Positions 13,366-29,797 of a stretch of DNA of 64,000 nt are shown one piece after another (the stretch's first letter is position 1; each line of letters opens with the position of its first letter). The stretch comes from Lobosporangium transversale (lineage: Eukaryota). The notes under the pieces are model-generated. The model was not told the origin of the DNA. It saw nothing but the letters and a program-made list of their open reading frames with translations, and did not search any database. Location: NCBI RefSeq assembly GCF_002105155.1, contig NW_019028992.1:248001-312000 (forward strand), given 5' to 3'. Made by a program: the position numbers and the translations under genes.

Positions 13366-13489
13366 CGACAAATTGGCGGTTTGGCCAAAATAACAGCGAG
13401 TGTCGGACCTTTCCAGATAAAAAACAAGGTGTCATCTTTAATACTATCCGATAGTACTAAACCAAGGAGTATGGAGCTGCGATCGGTGT

Positions 13490-13951
13490 AAATATGACTA
13501 ATTTGGTCCTTTGCTGGCATCGTCCGCAGTCCATTGAGAGGAACTTAACTATTTGGATCACCTTGTACCAGTACGAAAACATCGCTAGAGGATGCGTTGA
13601 GTTGCCAAGTATCCGGGAACTAGAGAGTTCCTTACCTGACAATACCTTTGTGTCAGTCGAAGTATACAAGAAAGGACTTGGGAGATAGTGGTATCTACAT
13701 GGCGCGCTGATCGGATTTTATAGGCCCAAGCATTTGAGGAAGTGTCCCGGGAACATTCTAAGGCACCAAGGACTGAGAAAGTTTGAGCTGTCCATGGTGC
13801 ATTGAACGCGTCCGATTCTTAGGGAGAAGCGAACAAGGGCCCCTCGAGGTTAACTATGTTTGTATATGGTGATGGGCAGTTTAAGGGCGCCAGGGAGCTG
13901 CTCTCGAAGCACGCAGCCTTCAAGCGCTTTCCCCATCAAAAGCCGGGCTAG
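13490..13951 (+). pseudogene. Decayed Fanzor/TnpB-like RuvC nuclease fragment
   Basis: Broken frames read LPSIRELESSLP...LIGFYRPKHLRK / REHSKAPRTEKV*AVHGAL...TMFVYGDGQFKGARELLSKHAAFKRF. By recollection this resembles the stretch between RuvC-I and RuvC-II of fungal Fanzor proteins. No catalytic motif is intact. Confidence 0.5.
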
Positions 13952-14183
13952 CTAAAGCGGCGAGTCAGCCCTGTATTTGTTTACGTGATGGGTGCTAAAG
14001 GTGGATGGGCCGTGATAGCGTCGGTGCCCATAATCTCGTCGTCATTGGTCGAACTTGGATATAGCCCGCCCGACACCCCTCCAGCGCCCAAGTTATCAAC
14101 ACTAACTGTGGTGACCCAAAGTAAAAATTTATTTCTATATTGGAGTGATTTGGAGACTAGGTCAAGGGATAACCACGTCGTAT

Positions 14184-15064
14184 TCACTCTTCATCTTCAT
14201 TAAAGCTAAGTAATGACGTTGTCTTAGCAGTCTTTTGCTTTTTCTTTTTCATCCCCGCGTTACTTATGCTATCACTTTCATCCTTTTCTTTTCTTTTATC
14301 TGTGGATTTTGAGTTGGATGCTGTAGACGTAGTTGAAAGAGACCCAGCAGTTTTTTGTTTCATTGCATTTGCTTTTGCTTTTGCTTCAAGATCAGTCAAC
14401 AACGTCTTATCAAAAGTCTTATTGTTACTTTTTGAAGAGGTGGTGTTGGTAGATCCCTTGTTAGATTTAAATTTGGATGATTTAGGCTTTCGAAACAAGA
14501 TCTTTCCATTGGCATCCACTGGTTCTTGCTCTTCTTCTTCCTCTTCTTCTTCCTCTTCTTCTTCCTCTTCCTTCTCTTGTCCCTCATGAGAACCTCCAGA
14601 CAGATTTTTTTCGAGTTTTTCCATCTCCTTTTCTAATCGTTTCTTGATCTTCGCTTCTGACAATCCTACCGATTACAAGATAAAAGTGAAGTAAAACGAG
14701 ATGTTAATATACTGTAAAGAATTATAGAAATCTAAACGAAAGAATTACTCCTACCTGGAGGGAGGTTTTTCAGCACATTTCGAACCTGCCGTTCATCCAA
14801 GTGCTTGCTATCTTTGAGGACAACGACTGTAGGGCGCTCTTCTTCGCGCTCATTTAAGAGATCGTGTGCTGGCTCATCATCATCGTCCTGTTCTTCTGTT
14901 TGGAACTTGGCTTCAATCCCAATTGGTTTTCTATAAGGATTTCGAGGATCCGTATCGGCTGCACTGGACGATTGACCCGTGAGCATACGCATAAAGTCCG
15001 GACCTTGTGATACATATGTCAACCCTTTCCGCAACTGGTGTGGAGTTACTTTTTTATCTGACAT
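14184..15064 (-). CDS. DUF4604/KIAA1143-like protein; exons 15064-14755, 14665-14184
   Basis: N-terminal LTYV..PDF motif, EEERPTVVVLK, C-terminal LLSFNEDEE; GT-AG intron joins in frame. Confidence 0.8.
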
Positions 15065-15247
15065 CCCATTGGTGCTCGAGAGAAAGAGGATGAGTGAGGT
15101 AAATGTAGGATGTCAGCGATTGATGCAAAAAAAAAAAAGCATTCATTCTAAGCCAAGTATGCAGTCACCTGTCTTGTTTTGGAAGCTTTAAAAAAAAAAA
15201 AAAAAAAAAAAAAAACATTCTTCTCACTGCTTCTCTCATTCCCTAAC

Positions 15248-15632
15248 ATGTTTGATAAACCACTCTTTGATGCCAGCATTATTCGTGATATGCAAGAGAT
15301 CATTCCTGGTCTCTTTCTTAGCGGGTAAAAAATAAAAATAAAATAAACGTCCTATTTAGTCCAATCCCTTCCGCTGTCATTAATATCTGGAGATCTATCT
15401 TCGGGAAACGATAGATCGCAGCCTACAGAGTCGCGCGAATACATGAAGGAGAAGGGCATCACACATATTGTCCAAGTGACCTTTCCTAACTCCCCTCGCT
15501 TCCCTGGAGACTTCATCTACAAGATCATTGCGGTTCCTGATATGGATGAAACCAACTTGATTGAACACTTTCCAGCAACTTATACTTTTATTCATAATGC
15601 TATTGACAAAGGCGGCAAGGTCTTGGTACACT

Positions 15633-15663
<31 letters not shown>

Positions 15664-16709
15664 GACATTTAGTTTAAAATCCACCTATGCATAAGCGTTC
15701 TAGGCCAGAGTACTGAACAAAGAAAGAAACCTGACTTTATACCCATTCTGAATAGTATGGCAGGAGCGTCCAGGAGTGTTACTATTGTATGTGCATACTT
15801 GATGAAGACAAAAAAGATCCCTGTGACTGAAGCACTAAATTTGATTGAGAAACTGCGCCCCATTGCCGAGTAAGTCAAAAAAAAAAAAAAAAAAAAAAAA
15901 AAACCGCCAATTTTCAGCTGCGACAATTGATCGTTAATGAATCTATTTCTTGTAAAAGGCCCAACGACGGATTCATAAAACAGCTGATCCTATATGATGC
16001 CATTGAGTATGATGTGAACATCAACAGGACAGAATACCGTCGTTTCTTGATGTCGAATATGGCAAGACAACGAGAAGGTAAGCTTTTTTTTTTTTTTGGT
16101 GACGGATACTGTTCGCTATGGATATTATTGATATATTATTAATTGTATCCCTTATATTCATATCTGTATTTATTACATCTTGTAGTCTTTGGACATATTA
16201 AAGCAGAGGATATGACTTTGGCTGCAGATCCTTTAACACAACAGACATCGGCGCCATCAATAGTATCCAAAACGGCGGCGGCGGCGGCAACGGCAGCAGT
16301 TCAAGAAGTATCAAAAGCCCAGCTACAATCATTCTCTCAGAAAAGACCTCTCAAATGCAAAAAATGTCGACGTGCGTTGGTAACGCATGATAATATTATT
16401 ACTCATGCTCCAGGGCATGGACAAAATGCTTTTCAGTATCGGAAACGCGATGCGACCCTTCATGTCTCTCAGGCAATTCAATCCAATAACAATAATACGA
16501 GTGCCTCACCCATGTCTCCAACTGTATGCCACTCTTATTTCATTGAGCCTGTTGAGTGGCTCCAAGATGTTCAGAGCTTAGAAGGCAAGATCTCATGCCC
16601 TAAATGCGACTCCAAATTAGGTACCTTCAACTGGTCGGGTGATCAATGCTCCTGTGGAGCATGGATTACTCCAGCATTTATGCTTCATAAGGGAAAAGTA
16701 GATGCTTGA
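15248..16709 (+). CDS. YVH1: Dual-specificity phosphatase with C-terminal zinc-binding domain (YVH1/DUSP12 type), multi-exon
   Basis: Catalytic loop VLVHC|MAGASRS split by an intron; RPNDGFIKQL; zinc domain CKKCRR...CHSYFIEPVEW...CPKCDSKLGTFNWSGDQCSCGAWITPAF. Confidence 0.9.
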
Positions 16710-16733
16710 TAATAAAATTAAACATTTAAATAC

Positions 16734-16765
<32 letters not shown>

Positions 16766-16823
16766 TATATATTAGTTATTGTAAGATTTTTGAACTGCAT
16801 ATATGTCTAAAAATTATAATCTA

Positions 16824-19568
<2,745 letters not shown>

Positions 19569-22500
19569 AATGGCGGAAAGAATTTTTTGAACTACTTTCT
19601 AGAATGCTCTGTTTTAAAAGGAACGCGGTGCTCTATCAATCATTTTTAGTATCACGACGTCATAAGTACAACGAGAAAAAACATATCTCTTCCGTCTCCG
19701 CAAAAAAAAAAAAAAAAAAAAAAAAAAGATTTCAATTATTATTTCAAAAAAGAAAAAAATAAGAAGCTCATTATCAACCAACGAAATCCCCTGCGGAGAT
19801 GGTGACTCCATTGCAAGACCACATTATTGTGACTTGATAAACCCAGAGCAACATTCACACGAAAAATAAATAAAATAAAATAAATAAAAAAAAGTTTGTT
19901 TGACTCATTAAATTCTTTAATCCAAGTTAAAGTAACCATCTTCATTTGCTCACCTTCAACTGGTTTTCAGGTGCTGTAACAGTCGGGTCTTGGTCCTGTG
20001 GGCGAAGTGTATGGAGAGGAACATTTGCTAACGAATGTGGCGTGTAGAAACGTAAACAAGAAGGATCACTAAGCAGTCACAATCATGTGATTTGTTGAAA
20101 CCTGGCAACTTGTCATTATCGCTTGGTGTCGTTATAACAAAAAAAAGAAAAAAAGAAAAAAATCATCACTTGGTGTCGTTGTTCAATAACTTCGAGTAAT
20201 GACAATTATCGATGGCTTCATGCCATTGTGTATGAGATACCAATGGTTCATTACTGCTTTGTTAAAGCAATAATCAGCTTGGATGTTTGGCAAGTGCTTA
20301 ATGGCCAATACAAATTAACAATACCAGTCTGGACCAGTCAATCCTTCTTTCAATTTTTCTTCCCATTCTGTCAAAACGGCTCAAATGATACAAGCGTAGC
20401 GAAATACATGTTTTTTCAGTTTCTGACATTTAAAACGTTCGCTTACATTCATTTGGTTGTTAGGGTGACACATCTTAAAGAGCTATCCAGACATAGTGGG
20501 ATGGATGAATGGCAGAAGAGGTGTTGAAAAAATCACGATAATCAAATCATGAATGGTTCGAAAGAATGGTGATCGTCATTGTCAATTTTATTTTATTTAT
20601 TCACAATGCATGAGGAATAGACTAAAGCTACACATACACATGGCAAAACAAACACCACCAATCTGCATTGCGTTTTGACTTTTGTTTACACTCCAAATGT
20701 TGACTATCAAGGATGAATATATTTTTATGTCCTTCCAATTGATCACATACTCCAGCAAACTCTTTTTTCGTTAGTCTGTTGGGCGTAGGAATAACGTTGC
20801 TCTCGTGCAGCTTGGGCGGAATAGCTGATCCTTCCTCGTGGCTTTCTTATCCTGAGAAAGTTACAGCAAACCATAAAAATTATGTAAACAGGACAATGAT
20901 TGAGAAGTAATGATCAGGAGTCGTCCATTGTAAATAGGTAGACAATCAGAATAAGCAACATGATATACATGTATATAAAAAAAAAAAACCCTGTTCCCTT
21001 GTCTGTTGCAACTTCTAACTACAACTACTACAACCTACACATGCACACATGTACATATATATATATATATACATGCATTTTCCCTCGTGCGTCTATCTGG
21101 TGGTCAGGCTTTTATCTTTGTGGTGCATATTCTTGCAGCTTATTCTATTACCCATGATAAATACATGCATTATTGCTCATCTTCACACCTGTTACATCCA
21201 TCAAATCCATGACATTATGACATTGGACATGACATATACATAGTCGATTGGTCTATATTCATATGTATACATCGATAATTATCATACAGTACATGTACAA
21301 GCGATATAAATATGCTACATATTTATTGTATAAATACAAGTTGCAAGTCTTTCAAAGAGCGAAAAGAATGGCCTGTATACATGTGTTTCAATAGGTTGAT
21401 GTAGGATGTGCGCATGGACATCACAATCATCTGTGTGTCTCTTCTCATCAAAGTCGGTCAGTCAGTCAGCGTCTGCGGATATTCCCTCATCTCATTCGTT
21501 CTCTAAACAATTGTTCTTTTTTTTTTTTTTTTTTTTTTTTTCTCTCTCTATCGTCATCGTACACATTATTCAACGCAACATTGCAGACAGACAAACAGAC
21601 AATGGTGTCAATCTTTCTGTCTTTATCATTCATTTCAGCCTCCGTCTACAGCTTCTTCTCCTCTCTTCTCACATTCACATTCACACGTATTTCTCTCTTC
21701 CATGTTTTCTTTTTTTTTTTTTTTTTTTTTTTTTTTCTTTTATGCCACGTTCTCTTTAGCTCATTGGACTCTTACTGTTTTGTTTTGTTTTGTTTGTCTG
21801 TCATAACTGTAATGTATTCAGTTCAAGGCAAAGGTAAGATAATGACCTACGAATGGTTAGATGGATGTGATTGACTTGTTAAACTTTTTTTCAATAATGT
21901 AAATATACACAGTCAATGTAAACATGTACTCTATCAAAAACAATTTCGTGTATAAAAATATACTGTATATAAATCATAAATCATTTGTTGATTGCGCATT
22001 TATTTTTATTTTGAATGGCCGTTGTATGTTTGCCTGAAAATAAAAGAGTCCACCAAGTTTTTTTTTCCCTCGCAGCTTTTTTGTGTTTGTTGTAACGGCA
22101 CGTTTTTTTTTGTTTGTCTGACCTGACTGTCTTGACTTTTTCTTATTGCACACCCTTTTTTATGTCCCTTTTTGTTTTTAAGCTCTTTCCTTTCTCTTCC
22201 TCTCTTTTTCTTTTTCTTCTTCCTTTTTCCTTTTCCCTTTCCTTTTCTCCTCCTTTCTCTTCTTCCTCTTTTCCTTTCCTTCATTGTCACCATTCCATCA
22301 ATCATTAATCTTTTTTTCAATTCCTTTTCATTCCTCATTCACCTGACCCTCTCCTTTTCCTTCTCCTTCTCTCTCTCTTTCCCTTGCTTGTGAGTAACTC
22401 CCCATCCTTCTTTTTCACTACATCTCAATCAATCACTCTTGAACTCTTTCCCCTTGTCATTCGTACGCTGTTGTTGCTCGTCTAACCTCTTTGTCCTTCT

Positions 22501-22763
22501 TCCTCCTCCTACTTCTTTGGATAAATTCGTTTGCAGCGACCCTAACTGCTTTCTGATATCGCATCCTTTATTTTCTTTATTTTTCTTTATTTCTTCCCCC
22601 ACCTTCCAACTACTCTCTTCCTCTCTCTTTCTCTCTCTTTTCTTTTTTCTTTCCTTCTTTCTCTCATTCCATCTTTTAATCTCGGTCTTATCGATTTAAT
22701 TACCTCTCTCTTCGCCTCCATTCGAGCCTATTCATCGAACGATACCAGCAAAGAGAAATCATC

Positions 22764-25700
22764 ATGTTTACCTCGTCGACAACATCCCAGTCGCCTATAC
22801 ATCGATCTATGCCACCAGCTTATGCCGAAATCCTTAATGACCTTAATCAAAAAGTGATCTCTGCCCAGCCTCAGGATGTCCTTCAATTCTGTGCAAATTA
22901 TTTCAATCAAAAGCTCGAGGAACAGCGTATCCGATTCCTTACCGCAGGTAAAAAATATATATACATATATTTATAGAGCATATACATGTGTTTATGTCCA
23001 TGCGTGCCAACGTGCTTTGTCTGCATCCGCCCACATTGGGATTGCTTATTGTGAAAACAGTGACACTTTATGTCCATCTTGGATGAATTCGGCATCAATC
23101 AATAACTACAACCAATTTCTTTAATGGACATGGTTTTGTTTCTTCCTCCCCATTTTCGTTTTTTTTTTTGTTTTTGTTTGTGTGATTTGGGTATGCATGG
23201 CCTAAATGGTATGCATGGTCTAAATGGTATGCATAGTATGCATGGTATGCATGGGGTTTGCATCGTCTGTCTGGTACTTAAACATGAGACCACGGTTGGG
23301 TTTCCGCATGGATATTCAAATTTCCTGGTGATGATATAAAGCTGTTGTGGTATAATATATTTATATCAATGTGTTTAATTTATGGATGTATCGACCATAT
23401 CAGCCGAGGCTCTATTACCCAAAAGAGAAAAAGAAAAGAAGGGATCGGATTGCTGATAGGAAGATAAGAGCACGAGTAATGCGCCAGAAAGATAAAGTCA
23501 GAGGTGATAAAGAGCAACAATGGTTCTTAAGAATTCACCCATTCACCGCCCTATCTGCCGGGACTTGCAGGGTGATTCTCGCAATATATTTTGTAATATA
23601 ATTTTAAAGACGATGAATGCTTGCCAGCAGCTGTTCACAATTTTTTTCCTTGTGCTTGCATATCGTTCTTGTGTTTCGCGGTGCATGGTCCATCGAATTT
23701 TGGTTTGCCACATGTTGGGCGTGCCTGTCTCTGTGTGTCACTCTTCTTCGCTCTTTGGTGTCATTTTTTTTTTTTTTTTTTTTTTTTTGCTGAGCTTGGA
23801 TGAGCAACCACCAACCATAATCCTCGCTTTTTTTTTTTTTTCTCTTCTTCTTCCTTCTTTGTGCCCGGTATACCCTGGATCATTTTATCATGGGTAGAGT
23901 CCCATGGCAATATGCACTGTGTATTGCCATGCCTGCTCTCTTTTCTCCGACAATATCTGCAAAAAAAAAAAAAAAAAAACGTGGTCGGGTGTGCGCTAAA
24001 TTTCTTTTATTTTTGATTTGAAATATTTTTTAATTTACTTTACATTCAAACCCAAGCGTCCTTCAACAGTTTGTATAATATGTTTGCCTTTTGGCTCATG
24101 GCTCTTAATTCATGGCTCATGGCTCAATGGTGTCATGGCGGGATTATTTATTGGTTTTTTTTTTTTCTTTTTCTTTTTTATGTATTTGATTTGGCTACTA
24201 ATATGTCGAGCGACCTGCACTGAGCTGAGCTGAGCTGAGTGAACTCGTGGGCTGGATGGAAAGAAGGGACAAAAGATGCACATGTTGGCTCTCGTTTGTT
24301 TTGTTTATTGTTCTATTTATCATTCATCACTCCTTTCCGATCGGATTATATGTCATTCTTTTCTCTTTCCCTCTCTCTCCGAGAGATGAAAGGAACTCGA
24401 CATGATAAAGGGAATCGGAATGCAAGCAAAGAAAAAAAAAGAGAGGGGAGGGAAAGAGTAATAGAACTGACATGCATCATTGACCCTTTCCCTCCATTCT
24501 ATATTTACGCTGACTGAATTGGCCAACTGACTAACAATAAATCTTTATACCCTTTTTGATGCTCTTTTTTTTTATTTTTTTATTTTACTCATCTGCAACA
24601 TTCTCTGCGATGTACCGGATACTGATTCAATTTAGCTCGCAACGCTCCCCAAGCAAACAGAGAGATTCCTCAGTTTTTGCCTGCATTGATCCCGCCGTCC
24701 TTGTCAGTGACCTCCCCCAAGGTCCACCATGCCTCTACCCCTGCTGCATCCAGTCCAGATCGTTCGATGGATAGCGACACAGATAGCGATTCTGAAGATG
24801 ATGAGGGTCCTGGCCCATTATTGTCGATGCCCATCAATTACATGCGTGGCAGACGTACTTCTGTAAGCGCCGAGAGCATGGTCCCCAGTCATCAAAATTA
24901 TGTCAAGATTGTGGTCTCCAAGACACCCGAGCAGCGCAAGCGGATCGAGCTTTCGATCGCCAGTAACTTCTTGTTCAAAAACTTGGATGAGGATCAACAC
25001 GAGGACGTTGTGAATGCAATGGCAGAAAAAAGATTCAGGAACAAAGAAAACGTCATCGAGCAAGGCGCTGTTGGTGATTACTTTTATGTGGTCGAGACTG
25101 GAACGTTGGATGTATTTGTTGCCAAGAATGGCAACCCATCCGAGAAGGTGTTTGAGTATGGCCCAGGAGGTAGTTTTGGAGAGTTGGCACTGATGTATAA
25201 CGGACCCCGTGCGGCCACAGTGACAACCACATCAGAAGTGGTTCTCTGGGCATTAGACAGAATCACATTCCGACGAATCCTGATGGAAAACACCTCCAGA
25301 AAGCGACGTATGTATGAAGCCTTCCTCGAGACTGTTCCCTTGCTGGTGTCGTTGGAGCCTTATGAGCGTCACAAGATTGCAGATGCTCTCGAATCAGTCT
25401 ACTTTGATGATGGCCAGACTGTGGTCCGTCAAGGTGACCAAGGAGATAACTTTTTCATTATTGAGTCAGGAGAAGCAACTGTGACAAAGTGTAGTGAGGA
25501 TGGCAAAGAGTTCCCTATGCCTGGCCTGGGACCTGGTCAATATTTTGGAGGTAAGAAGATCATATTATTTTTTTTTTTTTTTTTTTTTTTTTACTATCTC
25601 GCCCTCCTGGACACTGCATCTGCATAATGGACAGGTCATTTGATTTCAATACTAATGTTTATTGTTATTATTATTTTTTTTCCGCTATTGCGTGCATTCA

Positions 25701-26009
25701 GAATTGGCCTTGTTGAATGAGATGCCACGTGCAGCCACTGTTAAGGCTCAGGGCAGGCTCAAGTGTGCAACCTTGGGCAAGCGCGCGTTTGTGAGGTTGC
25801 TTGGCCCAGTCGTGGAGATTATCAAGCGCAACAGTGATAACTATCAAACAATTGAGCAACAAATCCAGTTGCACCAACAGCAGCTCGTCCCTGTATCGCC
25901 TGCTGCCGTTTCTGCCTGCGCTTCCCCAGCATCCGCATCTCCAGCATTAGCGCCTGCACCACTTCTTCATCAACAACTTCAACCGCAGATGCAACTGAGC
26001 AATATTTAG
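22764..26009 (+). CDS. pkaR: cAMP-dependent protein kinase regulatory subunit (BCY1/pkaR); exons 22764-22947, 24636-25550, 25702-26009
   Basis: RIIa docking domain ([13 protein letters not shown]), inhibitor site RRTSVSAE, two cNMP domains ([32 protein letters not shown]). Confidence 0.95.
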
Positions 26010-26344
26010 AACAGCAATACAAAAAAAAAAAAAAAAAAAAAGAAAAAGAAAAAGAAAAAGAAAAAGAAAAAGAAAAAGAAAAAGAAAGAAAAAAAGAAAA
26101 AAAAGAAAATAATCATAGTAGAGGAGAAATCGCTCCATTTTCTTCCTTTGAGTCGATCAAGATGCACAAAAGCTGATTTTCATCCAAGAAGGATACTTTA
26201 CTTTTCCTTCTTCCAATTCAGGACAAGACATTACAATAACAGGAAAAAAAAAAAAAAAATAGCAATCAATCAATTTCATGGCATTACAGATTCATATATA
26301 TATACTATTTTTACTATACACATCAATCAATTTTCATATATACA

Positions 26345-26387
<43 letters not shown>

Positions 26388-26776
26388 TACATTTTTAGTT
26401 GACATCCATTCATTAAAACAATTGGCATTCACCAGGTGTAGAAAGAGCAAACAAATGCTTATTAAAAGCTGTGGTAAGCACTCTGCCCATTACATGTGTT
26501 TGAGAGCGAAGAAGGAAAGGAAAGGAAAAGAAAAGAAAAGAAAAGAAAAGAAAAAAAATGTCCTTGCTTTGGATCAGAGTTCTTTTTTTTCCTCCTGATA
26601 TTCCATTCTGTTTACTCTTTTGCTTTATTTTATCGTTCACTACTGTCAATCCAGTTGGTGTACAAGTAGAAAAGACATTAGAAGGCTGCCATCCTGTATT
26701 GTTTTGTTATATTTATTCTTTTTTCTTTTTTTTTTTTTTTATCCTTTTTTCTTTTTTTTTATTTTCCAGAGCACAT

Positions 26777-26816
26777 TTAATGGTGGGCAACGTTCTTGTG
26801 GTGCTCTATTAGAGAT

Positions 26817-26863
<47 letters not shown>

Positions 26864-27920
26864 GGTAAAGAATGTTAAAATCACTACTTTCCGTTTTTTT
26901 TTTTTCTCATTTCTCATTTCTCGTATCTCAACAAATGAATTTTGTCGAGCTTTTGTTATCAGATAAAATTACTATCTTTCCCAGTTAAATCAACATCATA
27001 TATTCTGATGTCCCTAACTATAATTATCATCATATGAAGCATCGACTTGTAGAAAAAATAAAAAATAAAAAATAAAAAAAGCTTACTCAAATGGAACTGA
27101 TAGTCAATGGTGTAAGACAAGGCAAAGACGGCGGCAATGGTCTGGAAGACAGGGGTCATGGACGAGTTCTTGCCATCGAAGTAGCGGGCCTGGTAACCGG
27201 AGGAACGAGAGGCAGGGGCAGGGCCATTAGGAAGACCTTTGTAGAAGTTAACAACCTTGGCCATCTGATTTAATTAAAAAAAAAAAAAAATACAAGTTAA
27301 TAATAATAATAATAATGAGACGCGCGTTAGATAAAACAATCATTAATAGTAAAAAGCATCCTTGTCACGTTTGCTGTATTTTTTTTTTTTTTTTCTTTCA
27401 TCTTTTATATTTAATTAATAAAAAAAATAAATAAATAAATAAATAAAAAAAAAGTGCAACTTGAACTGTTCTGATGAATACTTACGCGAGCAGAATCCTT
27501 AGGGGAACCAATAGCCTTGGTGGAGCCAATGGTGGGAGGGATGGCAGCCTATTTTTGATATAACATGTTAGATCAAACATTATCCCATATCACGTATCAA
27601 CAATGATGATCGATGAGAGTGAACAACAGCAAGGGGGAAAAAAAAAAAGAATATGAGCAAGGAGATCATTTCGTTGGGATGAAGAAAGAAAAATGGAAAG
27701 GTTGATCAAAAATGTTCAAGATTTGATTCTTCCGGTTGATTTTCGTAGATGGATGATGACATCAGGAACGTGCAAGAAAGAATGTGTGGAAGAATGAATG
27801 TGAGAGAGAGAGAGAGAAAAGAGAGAGAGAAAGAGAAAGAAGGAAAAAAAAAAATAAAAAAAAAAAAAAACATACTCTGGAGGTCGAATAAGCGCGACGG
27901 GCAACAGTTCCAAAGTTCAT
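26777..27920 (-). CDS. ATP17: Mitochondrial ATP synthase subunit f (4 exons)
   Basis: MNFGTVARRAYSTSR|AAIPPTIGS...AR|MAKVVNFYKGLPNGPAP...YQARYFDGKNSS...YTIDYQFHL|KHHKNVAHH*. Confidence 0.9.
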
Positions 27921-28837
27921 GGTGAAAGGAGAGGAGTGGGGAAGAGAAATGGATGAAGTTGAATGATTGTTGTTTGTTTTTTTTAGATCGGAAAAGGTCG
28001 TACTCTGCTCTGTGTGTGTAATGTGTGTGCGTATCAAAAATTGCCTGTAACATTCAAAGGGTGTAAAAAATCATTTTTAGTAAATGCGATGAAAATTGTA
28101 CATTGATGTCATATATTCCTCACTAATTAAGGGGAAATACGATTTGATCTTTTATATAATTAAAAAAAAAAAATTGCACAGTTCTTAACTCAAAAGGAAG
28201 AATGTGGATAAAGGAAAGGAAAGGAAAGGAAAGGAAAGGAAAGAGAAGGGAAAGGAAGGGAAGGGAAAAAAGGAAAAAAGAAAAAGAAAAAGAAGTTCGA
28301 TACGGATAAAAAACAGAGCGAGACAACCCTAGCTTGTCCAGTGTTGCTCATTCGATAACGGCCACTCGCTCACATGTGTGTCTATTTTTTTTTTTCCCAT
28401 GTCTCACAATGCACGATTGGACAATAAAAAAAAAAATAAAAAAAACATGTATCTTTTTCTCGGATGAACAATGAAGTGCCTTTTTACTTTTCTTTTTTCA
28501 CTTGAAGCAACAATTGTCCAATCATTTCTCATACAAAAAAAAAAAAAAAAAAGGGACATGAATAATGGTTTGGTCATCAACTATTTTATATATATATTTA
28601 CAAGTAGTAAGACTTTTTTTTTTTCTTTTTTTTTCTTTTTTTTTTTCTTCTTCTCAAACATTAACTAAACGTCTATATAGTACAGTGGAAAAAGCAAAAT
28701 GAAAAACAAGAACACGCGAAAAATGAAAAAAGCAACAAACAAGAAAAGAAAAGAAAAGAATGAAAGAGTTACAAGTGAGAAGGAATGAAATAATAGGGTA
28801 TGCTAAATAAAAAGGAAGCGAAAGTTTTTTTGTGGTT

Positions 28838-29342
28838 TTAAGGACTTCGCTTCAACATCTTGGAGACAAGCTTGAAAGAATGTTTGGCCTTGTGGCGCCA
28901 GGAAGGGTTGTCATGATCATGTGAGGGTTTTTCAGAGTCTGATTGAGATCGAGCAGAGCTTGCGCTTGAAGCACGCTTGGCAGCGATGCCTTCGATAAAC
29001 AGGGGGTAACTTGAGCATTTCATCAGATCCATAATGGATTCGCGTGCTTGCTCAAACACCTGAGGATGGTAATTACCCTCGGCAACGGCCCTCAAAAGAC
29101 TGCAGCGGGTCGCGTCTGACAAGTTGAGTTCATGAGGACTGCTTGGCAAGACAAAAGCATCCAGGATAGCACGCATTTTCAACTGCAGATCCGAGAACGC
29201 GCGTGCCTGGGATGGATTCAAATACTTTGCGGACTCTACTGTGAGATCGAATTGAGGTACAGACTGATGTACCGACAAGTAAAGTGATTGGGCGCAAAGC
29301 TATTTAAAAGATAAAAACGGATGAACAGGTTAGGAAAAAATA

Positions 29343-29373
<31 letters not shown>

Positions 29374-29797
29374 GTCCGATTTGTAAAGAATGATAAAGTT
29401 GATAGACGAAATGACGTTTTTTTTTTTTTTTTTTTTTTTTTTATCATTATTATTATTACTCCGTTGTTCTTACCCTATATTGTCTGGAGGCAAGCCAGAA
29501 TGCAAGGTTTTCGTAGCAGAATTGGGATTGAAGAAAGGCAGCAAAGTTGTCGAGAGTATATTGACCGCGTCCTTGGTTGCGAAGGATCTGGTGGAGTGAG
29601 GGTCTGTTCATGGGAGAATCATCCCCGTCCTGTTCTATAGACTGACGAGAGTCGAAACTAGAGATCGAGCGACGAGGCTTATGTGTGGGACGGAAGAAAG
29701 AGCTGGGAGAAGGAGGGCTGGAGGGACGTGAAGACTGAAAGTGCATGATGGGTCCCTGGATTGAGGGTTGTGTGATGGAGATGGTAGTAGTGAGCAT
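28838..29797 (-). CDS. RGS-domain protein (regulator of G-protein signalling), 2 exons; start uncertain
   Basis: RPSLHQIL...YTLDNFAAFLQSQFCYENLAFW and FVLPSSPHELNLSD...HPQVFEQARESIMDLM...SYPLF. Confidence 0.88.

Noticed and set aside
20052..20059. GTAAACAA forkhead site upstream of the forkhead gene (autoregulation)
   Set aside because: Short AT-rich motif that also occurs elsewhere in the window (for example about 34686 and about 63764).
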